Below, piece after piece: positions 1 to 7,730 of a stretch of 64,000 nucleotides of DNA. The notes beneath the pieces are model-generated. The model saw only the letters and a list, made by a program, of their open reading frames with translations, searched no databases and was not told where the DNA came from. The position numbers and the translations under genes are program-made. The stretch's first letter is position 1; every line of letters begins with the position of its first letter. This stretch comes from a virus (Duplodnaviria; Heunggongvirae; Uroviricota; Caudoviricetes), in the IMG/VR virus record IMGVR_UViG_3300045051_000909, positions 64,001 through 128,000 of that record; one strand, given 5' to 3'.

Positions 1-16
1 AACCCCAGGAGGTAAC

Positions 17-184
17 GTGAGGAAGAAGACCAGCACCATTCGCACAGGTACGAAGGTGCAGTTCAAGATTGGACGAGGAACGCTGACCGGTCGTGTGGAG
101 ATGATCAAGGACGGAGTTGCGATCATCGTGAGCTCGGGTCGTCCGGTTCTCAGCCGCAAGCTCGCACTTATCAAGCGGGCCTAA
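17..184 (+). CDS. small basic protein (55 aa, SH3/KOW-like beta pattern)
   Basis: AGGAGG at 7-12, GTG at 17, MRKKTSTIRTGTKVQFKIGRGTLTGRVEMIKDG...; below the ORF-track cutoff. Confidence 0.7.
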   Translation: MRKKTSTIRTGTKVQFKIGRGTLTGRVEMIKDGVAIIVSSGRPVLSRKLALIKRA

Positions 185-240
185 ATGCCTGCGGTATCCA
201 TTGCTCCGCCGGGGGCGACTTCGGCGGAGCCGGGGACCTA

Positions 241-369
241 ATGTTCAAAGACCTCTGGAAGTCACTTCCACTGCCCTTGAAGCTGTACTGGCTGTTCTGT
301 GGTGTAGCCAGTGTGACGTTCGTTGTTCTAGGGTGCATCGCCCTCTTGAAATTGATCGCGAGGCTCTAA
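241..369 (+). CDS. small membrane protein (42 aa)
   Basis: TAATG coupling at both ends; MFKDLWKSLPLPLKLYWLFCGVASVTFVVLGCIALLKLIARL has one TM segment. Confidence 0.6.
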   Translation: MFKDLWKSLPLPLKLYWLFCGVASVTFVVLGCIALLKLIARL

Positions 370-653
370 TGCGCATTTCGCACGACTCCCCGATAGCTCG
401 AGCGGTGCTAATCCTAGACGCACAGGATCAGCTCGTTGGCATGGTGCATAGCCTCGACACGGAGGCAAACACCATTACTAGGCTGGTCGTGCGTGATGGC
501 CGCGCTGTCGCAGCCGAGAATGGACAGTGGCTCACGACTACTGAGTCACTCGACGGATACCGTGTGTTCATCGACTTGGCGTACCTGGAACCGCAGATCA
601 AGGATCTCCTTCCCCTTTCCGACGAGGTGACTTCAAATGTACGTGATCATTGA
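369..653 (+). CDS. hypothetical protein
   Basis: ORF track 201..653; ATG at 369 coupled by TAATG to the upstream ORF is the likelier start; overlaps the next gene. Confidence 0.6.
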   Translation: MRISHDSPIARAVLILDAQDQLVGMVHSLDTEANTITRLVVRDGRAVAAENGQWLTTTESLDGYRVFIDLAYLEPQIKDLLPLSDEVTSNVRDH

Positions 654-1140
654 TATCGACGGGACGTTGGCGGATAACAGCCACCGGGAAGGGCACATCA
701 ACAAGAACCCCAAGGATTGGGAGACCTTCCTCAAGCCTGAGCTCGTGGCCCAGGATAGCGTCCTGCCTGGAGCTCAGCGCGGCATCGAGAATCTGCGTAA
801 CCAGAAGCACGAGCTCATCTTCCTGACTGGCCGAAACGAGGGGTTGCGCCTCGTCACTGCGGATTGGCTGCAACAACACTTCGGGCTCGTCGTTAACGAG
901 GAGTGGCTGCTGATGCGCCCCATCGGCAATATGCTCAAGCCGACAGAGTACAAGCGCGAGCAGATCCAGCGTCTAGTGACCACTATCGACCGTAGCCACG
1001 GTTTAGTGTTTGTGGACGACGATCCGTTTATGTGGCCGATCTATCGGGAGTACGGCCTTTGCTTGAAAGCCCCTGACTGCTGGCAGGTACTGTTTCCTGA
1101 GGCACAAAATCTTCCAGAAGAAACACATTGGCGGAAGTAG
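637..1140 (+). CDS. HAD-superfamily phosphatase (PNKP phosphatase-like)
   Basis: IIDIDGTLAD (DxDGT), FLTGR, LLMRP, FVDDD motifs. Confidence 0.85.
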   Translation: MYVIIDIDGTLADNSHREGHINKNPKDWETFLKPELVAQDSVLPGAQRGIENLRNQKHELIFLTGRNEGLRLVTADWLQQHFGLVVNEEWLLMRPIGNMLKPTEYKREQIQRLVTTIDRSHGLVFVDDDPFMWPIYREYGLCLKAPDCWQVLFPEAQNLPEETHWRK

Positions 1141-1143
1141 CCC

Positions 1144-1623
1144 ATGCCCTGCTGCGTAGCTTGCGGTAAGATTAAATCACGGTGTCAGTTTTATGTGCAA
1201 CGGCGTCAACTAGCCGACGGCTCACTAAAGGGTTACCGGACAAAACGATGCAAGCGCTGTCATAACAAGTACACACTGACACACTGTGACACTGTACGTC
1301 GAAAACGGATGCAGCGTGAGTGGGCACAGCGTGGGCGCCGTGAGCGGTGGCTGCGGCGCAAACAATCACGACACGCCTGGTTGGAGGTGTTGAAAGCAAA
1401 GCCTTGCGCTGATTGCAGGCGCGTGTTTCCACCTGTATGTATGGACTTTGATCACCGAAATCCGCGCACTAAGTACATGTCGATAGCTGCGATGATTAAT
1501 CAAGTACGTTCAAAGACCCGCATTCTCGCCGAGATCAGAAAGTGTGATCTCGTGTGTGCTAACTGTCATCGATTACGGCATGCACGACGTAACGGATGGA
1601 TGAGCCACCGCACTGATGGGTGA
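1144..1623 (+). CDS. HNH endonuclease
   Basis: CADC...MDFDHRNP...KCDLVCANCHRLRH. Confidence 0.8.
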   Translation: MPCCVACGKIKSRCQFYVQRRQLADGSLKGYRTKRCKRCHNKYTLTHCDTVRRKRMQREWAQRGRRERWLRRKQSRHAWLEVLKAKPCADCRRVFPPVCMDFDHRNPRTKYMSIAAMINQVRSKTRILAEIRKCDLVCANCHRLRHARRNGWMSHRTDG

Positions 1624-1628
1624 GACGT

Positions 1629-1973
1629 ATGCGCATCATCATCGCAGGCTCTCGCCAGTTCACAGACATTAAGTTGATCGACGAAGCCGTGCAGAAGAGC
1701 GGGTTCGAGGTCACGGAAGTTGTCTCGGGTGGAGCGCGCGGCGTCGACTCCCTTGGTGAGCAGTGGGCTCGTTCCAAGGGCCTGCCCACCAAGCGGTTCA
1801 TCCCTGACTGGCGTCAGGGGAACTTGGCTGCGCTGCATCGCAATGGCGAGATGGCCGCGTACGCCGAAGCCTTGGTCGCCGTTTGGGATGGCCGTAGTCG
1901 GGGTACGCAGAATATGATTTATCAGGCCGAAGCGCGTAAGCTACCTGTCTTCGTCCTATACCGAGAACCCTAG
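1629..1973 (+). CDS. SLOG/YspA-like (DUF2493-type) protein
   Basis: MRIIIAGSR, VVSGGARGVD, RNGEMA, AVWDGRSRGT. Confidence 0.85.
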   Translation: MRIIIAGSRQFTDIKLIDEAVQKSGFEVTEVVSGGARGVDSLGEQWARSKGLPTKRFIPDWRQGNLAALHRNGEMAAYAEALVAVWDGRSRGTQNMIYQAEARKLPVFVLYREP

Positions 1974-1983
1974 TGGAGGCGCC

Positions 1984-2061
1984 ATGTGGGAATTCCTGAA
2001 GCTGATTGTCGCTGTACTGCGTGAGGAGTACAAGAAGTGGACGCAGCGTCAGGGGCCCTGA
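1984..2061 (+). CDS. micro-protein (25 aa)
   Basis: GGAGG upstream; MWEFLKLIVAVLREEYKKWTQRQGP. Confidence 0.45.
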   Translation: MWEFLKLIVAVLREEYKKWTQRQGP

Positions 2062-2227
2062 GGGGGTAATTTCGTTTTCCGCTTTGGCGTGTGCTAGGCT
2101 TCTGCGCGAAGGAGGAGGAATGATCACGCATCCTAGCGCAACGTCTACAGATCCGCCATGAATCCAGTCCTCATTTTCAGTTCACGATTGGTCGCCACCG
2201 TGCGGGACCTTCGCCTTAAGAGGACGG

Positions 2228-2422
2228 ATGACGAGGCTCGAGGCAGAAAAGAAGGCACAGGCGCTCCTAGGCGAGATGGGTGACTGTCTTAGTCTTGGAG
2301 CCGGGATCTTTCAGATCGGCTTCTGGGAGAAAGGCCCGCAAGGATTCATGATTTTCCGTGTGTGCGGTCGCGGCCCAAGTTGGGAGGCTGCGCTTCGCAA
2401 CACCGAGACACCGTCTACCTGA
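2228..2422 (+). CDS. hypothetical protein
   Basis: 64-aa ORF with AGAGGA upstream. Confidence 0.6.
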   Translation: MTRLEAEKKAQALLGEMGDCLSLGAGIFQIGFWEKGPQGFMIFRVCGRGPSWEAALRNTETPST

Positions 2423-2433
2423 TAGCCTATACT
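2405..2433 (+). promoter_or_regulatory. possible sigma70-like promoter
   Basis: GAGACA-N17-TATACT just upstream of a long hairpin and the 2557 gene. Confidence 0.35.
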
Positions 2434-2443
2434 TCAGGAGTCC

Positions 2444-2540
2444 TACCCGATGTAGGGGTGCGACGACTGAACGTCCGACGGGGTCCCTTCCCCTCCCCGC
2501 CCTCCTGGGCAATTAAGTCGTCGCACCCCTAGATCGGGTA
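2444..2540 (+). repeat. 25-bp inverted repeat / leader hairpin
   Basis: TACCCGATGTAGGGGTGCGACGACT (2444-2468) pairs with 2516-2540, one mismatch; C/T-rich loop. Confidence 0.85.
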
Positions 2541-2556
2541 ACCACTAGGAGAAGCG

Positions 2557-3912
2557 ATGCGCGACCAATTTCTACGCGGTGCAGCGACAGCGAGCACCAA
2601 GTTCGCTGTTGACGTCCGTGACGTAGCGATGATGGAGCAGATTCTCCACGCGCTCGTTCCCGCAGGCCAGAAGATGCCGGTTCCGCTAGGCTCCATTACA
2701 GGCCTACATAGCGGTATGACAGATACGGGGGACAGTCCCATCGCGCGGGGCCTTCTTACCGGCGCAGGCATGCATTTTGGGGATCGTGCTGGCCAAGCCG
2801 TTGGTGGTACGGTGGGTGGCCTTGTGGGTACGGGTGCCGGCATGCTTGCCCGCGGTCTTGGCGCTGGCCCGCACGCTGGCGGGAATATTTACAACTTCAG
2901 TTCGCTGCTCGGTAAAGCCTTGGGCGGTTACGTCGGTGCACAGGAAGGTGCACACGCAGGTCAGGCGTTTGCGGATCGCAATAAGCCAAAGCCTGAGCCG
3001 AAGAAGCCCGAAGTCGAGAAGAAGTCCGCACTAGATGAGTTCTTCCTCAAGGAAGCAGCGGGCTTCGGTGCCAAGAGCATGGGCACGATGATGCGCCAGC
3101 AGGCGCTCAACGACGCCTTCCGCGCTGCACCTCGCCAGGGACCGCAGATGCCCGTAGCGCGCCAGGTCCCCATGGTCCAGATGGCACAGCAGAGCGGCGG
3201 TCGCAATATCGCGCTCCCTGGCGCCAACGCGCCGTCGCTCGAGCTCGACATGACGCCGAAGCAGTTCGCCTATGGCTACAAGGGCGGCAGCGAGAAGCAG
3301 GCGTTCACACTATTCGACTTGATCTCGCATGGTGTGATGGGTGCTGCGTGGGGTAACGCTACCTCAAACCCAGAGCACCAGCTACTAGGAACTACGCTGG
3401 GTGCCTTAGGCGGTATGGGGGGTATGGTAGGAGGGGCGCTCACCCCCACAATCCCAGGAAACGGAACACCTAGCATTATTGCCAATGCAATGCGGCCTGT
3501 CGCAGGCGCTGTTGCGGGCGGCGCTCTCGGCGGGGCAGCGACACGACTCCTTCCGCGCCACGAAGAAGAGAAGGGTGCCGCCGACGCTTCGGCTTCCTTC
3601 GGTCTCCAGAAAGAAGCAATTGCGCCGCTCCTCGGCCTTGCTGCTCGCGCCGTGCCGTGGATGGCTCGCACAGCGGTTCCATGGTTGGCCAAGAACCTCG
3701 GCAAGGGCGCTCTCGTCAATGGTGGCATCAGTGCTGGGACGTCTCTGGCCCAAGGACAAGGGGTTGGTCAATCGCTCGCCAGTGGTGTTGTCGGAGCAGG
3801 CGCCGGTATGATCAAAAATCCCGTGCTGAGCGCTGGCGCCAACATGGCAGGCGGCATGGCCGTCGATAAGCTCATGGGTCCTAAAGCATCGATGGGCAAT
3901 GGTCTCAACTGA
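2557..3912 (+). CDS. Gly/Ala-rich multi-module protein with K-x-A linkers (candidate virion internal protein)
   Basis: AGGAG SD; hydrophobic Gly-rich blocks separated by STKFA, EKKSALDEFFLKEAA, SEKQAF, GLQKEA; virion role is inference. Confidence 0.7.
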   Translation: MRDQFLRGAATASTKFAVDVRDVAMMEQILHALVPAGQKMPVPLGSITGLHSGMTDTGDSPIARGLLTGAGMHFGDRAGQAVGGTVGGLVGTGAGMLARGLGAGPHAGGNIYNFSSLLGKALGGYVGAQEGAHAGQAFADRNKPKPEPKKPEVEKKSALDEFFLKEAAGFGAKSMGTMMRQQALNDAFRAAPRQGPQMPVARQVPMVQMAQQSGGRNIALPGANAPSLELDMTPKQFAYGYKGGSEKQAFTLFDLISHGVMGAAWGNATSNPEHQLLGTTLGALGGMGGMVGGALTPTIPGNGTPSIIANAMRPVAGAVAGGALGGAATRLLPRHEEEKGAADASASFGLQKEAIAPLLGLAARAVPWMARTAVPWLAKNLGKGALVNGGISAGTSLAQGQGVGQSLASGVVGAGAGMIKNPVLSAGANMAGGMAVDKLMGPKASMGNGLN

Positions 3913-3920
3913 GATGCCTG

Positions 3921-6900
3921 ATGATCGAATTCGAGAAGGTTGCGCTTCACGCGCTTGACCGTCTTCGGGAGCGGACGCAGCTCGACCCGGATCTGATTCC
4001 TCTGCTCGAGGCCGAGGCTGACCGCGTTTCTAACGAGGTCCCGCCCGGCAAGTACTGGCTGCCGTTGCGCGACGAGCATGGACGGGTCATCGCTATCGCC
4101 GCGTTCAAGACGGTGCAGACCTACTACGGTCACAAGCTCGTCTTGGCCACGGTCCTCGCGCCAACGATGGTGCCACAAGGTACCTCGCTTGAGCACCTGA
4201 TGCACCCGCCACAGTTGGCCAAGGCTGCGGCATATGCTCCGGGCATCAAGGAGAAGGGCGACAAAGGCGACCATACCGACCTTCCCGTTGGTTTGGCTGA
4301 CTTTGTAATCCATAAGCATGACGCCGAGCGCGCGGGGCTGCACTACGACATCCGTATCGGAACACCGAAAAGCGGCCTCATCTCCTGGGCCACTCGTGAA
4401 AACCTCCCAGCACCCGGGGCGCGCATCACGGTCTTCCGTCAACCCGTGCATGAGTATTCATACAAGGACTTTGAAGGGAAGATCGAGTCTGGTTACGGCA
4501 AGGGCGACGTTAAGATCCACGACTCCGGGAAGGCCATCGTTACACAGGTTAAGCCCGAGCTGCTTCAGTTCACGCTGGGTCACAAGAAGTACCCACAGCG
4601 GTTCACCCTGATCCCCTGGAAAGAGGATCAGTGGTTGATGATGAACAGCACGCCTGTCTCACCGATCCCCTATAAGAAGCAGCACTACAAGACGCTTCCG
4701 CCCTCGAAGGCCGAAGACTTCCTGAAGAAGATTCCGACGGGAAGCTCTGTACAAGCGAAGATCGACGGGGCAGCGGGGCTAGTCACCTTCAAGAATGGCA
4801 AACTGGAAGTTGCGTCCTACCGCACGGCGGGGCCGACAGGGTACCCGATCATCCACACTGAGCGCGTCTTCGGTGGTCGCCCGGAAGTATCTCTCCCGGC
4901 ACACCTGAAGGGGACGATCCTTCGCGGCGAAATTTACGGCGTAAGGGACGGCAAGGTCATTCCGCCGCAGGAGCTCGGGGGCATCCTCAACGCAACCACC
5001 AACAACTCGCTAGAGATGCAGAAGGAGCGCGGCATCTCGTTGAAGATGATGGTGTTCGACATCCAGCAGTACGGCAAGAAGCCGACTGCGGGTATGCCAT
5101 ACAATGAGCGTCAGAAGCACGTCGATGAAGTTCTCAAGCATCTCCCGAAGGATCGGTTCCACGTCCCGGAAGAGGCCACGACACCGAAGGGCGCGCTGGA
5201 CCTTTTTCACAAGGTTCGTTCTGGCGGCCATGCGCTTACTCACGAAGGTGTTGTGGTGCACCTGCCTGAAGGTAAGCCCGTAAAGATCAAGTTCGTAGAC
5301 GACCACGACGTCTACATTACTGGCTTCTTCCAAGGAGAGGGCAAGTACGCCAAGGGTCACGTAGGCGGCTTTACCTACGCCTTCTCTAAGGACGGGAAGA
5401 CTGTTGGCCGTGTGGGTACCGGCTTGAGCGATGAATTGAGGAAAGATATGCACGAGAATCCCGACGATTTCATCGGGCGCGTAGCACGCGTGCGTTCACA
5501 GGAAGTGCTTCCCTCCGGGGCACTGCGTGCACCTTCGCTCATTGCTCTGCACGAGGACTACCCCGCCGCCAAGACGGCGGGGGAGATGTTGGAGCAGTTC
5601 CTCATTAAGATCGCGGATGACGCCGTAGCGCCGCAGATCCCCTCACACGAGTACTCGCCTGCGGAACTGCGCCTACTTCAACAGCGCTTTGGCCGTCTTC
5701 AAGGTTACCTGCGGGAGCACGGGGCCTTCGCCGGAACAGGGCACCAGCGCATCGTTATCCCCAAGAACGTATTGACTGAGGCCGACATCAATCAGTTGGG
5801 GTTCAAGCCTGTCAAGATCGCCATCCCTGAATCGGGACAGGATCGTTTTGAGTCTTTCCGGCACCCGGACAACCTCTTCCACATCCACTCGCATCCCGAG
5901 GGGTGGACGATGCACGAGGACCGTCACCCCGCCTCGACGATGCTCATCACCAAGCTTCAGCACCCCTGGGACAAAGCCAAGGCTTTTTTTCAGGGTCTCC
6001 CGCATGTCGTTACTGAGGGTATGCCAGGGCTCTTCTACTACACCAAGGGCAAGGTGCGTGACGCGCGCTCGACAGCGCAGGCAGTGCTCGAGGAAATGGA
6101 TCCTGGTGTCATTAAGCGCTTTCAAAGCTGGAAGCCCTCACCAAGCTATGCGCCGCCACCTGAGGTCACCGAGGAGTTGAAGGCGGCTGCCGAGAAGCTG
6201 TTCGGCGGAAAGGCCGATGGTCGGTCTGACACCGAATTCAATCCTGCGGCAATTGCGGCGGGCGTGCAGGTAGAACGCGAGCATACGTCGAACAAGGCGG
6301 TCCAGAAGGAGATTGCGAAGGACCACCTGTCCGAGGACCCCTCGTACTATCAGAAGCTAGAGAAGATGGAGAAGAAGGGGTTTGAGCAGTTTCTATTGAA
6401 GTCCGCGAAAGAAGCTCCAGCCCCGAAGACCGAGAAGCCGAAGTCGACCGAGAAGCCCAAGGCCGAGCCGCCAAAGAAGGCAAAGCCTGCGCCGAAGCAT
6501 GAGCTCAACATCCCCAAGGATCAACCCAATTACCAGCACACGCAGCTCTTCACAAAGCTGCTCGAAAAATCTCCGGTTCCGGTGAAGCTGGAACCGAAGG
6601 CGTACACGCACCCGGAGGACAACGGGTTTTATGACTTCGTCAACAAGCGGATCAGACTCCTGTCACCAAATCACGATTCCTTGGCACACGAAATAGGCCA
6701 CGCGCAGTACGATGAGACCCCGCTCGGATGGGCGCTGCAAAGTCGTGCCCTGTATCCGCAGATTTGGAGTACTCCGTTCGCGTCAATAGCAGGTGGCGTA
6801 ACATCGGGCCTTCTTCGTGGCTCTGGATCCTTGAAAGGACAGGGTACAGCGTCCCTGCTCAATGAGGCCGCCGGGCTACTAGCACCACTTCTACTTAGCG

Positions 6901-7730
6901 CCCCTGCTTTGTGGTCGGAGTACAACGCTACAACGCGCGGGCGAAAGCTCCTTGAGGGCGTGGGCGCAACGCCTGAGGAACTGGATCACTACGACAAGGG
7001 CCTCTGGAAGTCATATAAGTCATACTTGACCCTCCCGACTATCTCCGCGCTAGGCGGCGCCGTTATGTACGGCCTGAGCGCCTTGAACGCTCCTAAATTT
7101 GGATCAGAGAAAACCGCCGACTGGAAGGACATCCTCCTCGGCGCGGGCAAGGGCGCTGTGTTACCGGGGCTTTTCGGCGCAGCGGCTGGCGCCCTGACGG
7201 ACAGTGAAGACCGGGCGCGTGGAGCCCTGAAGGGTGGCCTCACAGGGGCAGCTATTGGTGCCATCCCCGGCGGGATTCAAGGACACCTCGAAGGCAAAGC
7301 GACAGCCGCTAACCAAGCGCTCTGGGGGCATAAGGATGTCGCCGATCACTATACACAGCAGGCAGGTGACGCAGCTCGGGCTATCGAACGCTGGCAATAT
7401 TCGCCGCCGGATGTGAAACTGCCTCCTGGGGGGCGTACTGCGGTTCGTACGCCGCAGCTACACGACCTAGGTAAGCTATTCGACCGCTACGACTTTCATA
7501 CGCAGCAGGCAGAGCTTGCTAACACGTTGGCGGACCAAGCGCGTGCGCACTGGCAACACCTTGGTGGGCAGGCTGCTGGCATGAACAAGTGGCGGTGGGG
7601 CGCGGTGCCTGCGGGTATGCTCGCGGGCGGGCTCGCAGCCTACGCACCTGAGAAGCCGGAGTGGGAGAGTGGTGGCAAGGTCTCATCGCTTCGGAGGTTA
7701 CTTCATCAAGGAAGCGAAAGTTGTCACTGA
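3921..7730 (+). CDS. multi-domain protein: LigD-type 3'-phosphoesterase + ATP-dependent DNA ligase + DUF5661-like + HExxH metallopeptidase + Gly-rich modules
   Basis: FVIHKHDA..LHYDIRI and HEYSYKDFEG (PE); QAKIDG, EGVVVH, KIKF, GRVGTGL, ALRAP (ligase); GVQVEREH..IAKDHLSEDPSYYQKL (DUF5661); AHEIGH. Confidence 0.85.
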   Translation: MIEFEKVALHALDRLRERTQLDPDLIPLLEAEADRVSNEVPPGKYWLPLRDEHGRVIAIAAFKTVQTYYGHKLVLATVLAPTMVPQGTSLEHLMHPPQLAKAAAYAPGIKEKGDKGDHTDLPVGLADFVIHKHDAERAGLHYDIRIGTPKSGLISWATRENLPAPGARITVFRQPVHEYSYKDFEGKIESGYGKGDVKIHDSGKAIVTQVKPELLQFTLGHKKYPQRFTLIPWKEDQWLMMNSTPVSPIPYKKQHYKTLPPSKAEDFLKKIPTGSSVQAKIDGAAGLVTFKNGKLEVASYRTAGPTGYPIIHTERVFGGRPEVSLPAHLKGTILRGEIYGVRDGKVIPPQELGGILNATTNNSLEMQKERGISLKMMVFDIQQYGKKPTAGMPYNERQKHVDEVLKHLPKDRFHVPEEATTPKGALDLFHKVRSGGHALTHEGVVVHLPEGKPVKIKFVDDHDVYITGFFQGEGKYAKGHVGGFTYAFSKDGKTVGRVGTGLSDELRKDMHENPDDFIGRVARVRSQEVLPSGALRAPSLIALHEDYPAAKTAGEMLEQFLIKIADDAVAPQIPSHEYSPAELRLLQQRFGRLQGYLREHGAFAGTGHQRIVIPKNVLTEADINQLGFKPVKIAIPESGQDRFESFRHPDNLFHIHSHPEGWTMHEDRHPASTMLITKLQHPWDKAKAFFQGLPHVVTEGMPGLFYYTKGKVRDARSTAQAVLEEMDPGVIKRFQSWKPSPSYAPPPEVTEELKAAAEKLFGGKADGRSDTEFNPAAIAAGVQVEREHTSNKAVQKEIAKDHLSEDPSYYQKLEKMEKKGFEQFLLKSAKEAPAPKTEKPKSTEKPKAEPPKKAKPAPKHELNIPKDQPNYQHTQLFTKLLEKSPVPVKLEPKAYTHPEDNGFYDFVNKRIRLLSPNHDSLAHEIGHAQYDETPLGWALQSRALYPQIWSTPFASIAGGVTSGLLRGSGSLKGQGTASLLNEAAGLLAPLLLSAPALWSEYNATTRGRKLLEGVGATPEELDHYDKGLWKSYKSYLTLPTISALGGAVMYGLSALNAPKFGSEKTADWKDILLGAGKGAVLPGLFGAAAGALTDSEDRARGALKGGLTGAAIGAIPGGIQGHLEGKATAANQALWGHKDVADHYTQQAGDAARAIERWQYSPPDVKLPPGGRTAVRTPQLHDLGKLFDRYDFHTQQAELANTLADQARAHWQHLGGQAAGMNKWRWGAVPAGMLAGGLAAYAPEKPEWESGGKVSSLRRLLHQGSESCH

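Noticed and set aside
201-368. 5' extension of the 201..653 ORF
   Set aside because: TTG start without SD; region better explained by the coupled ORFs 185-241 and 241-369
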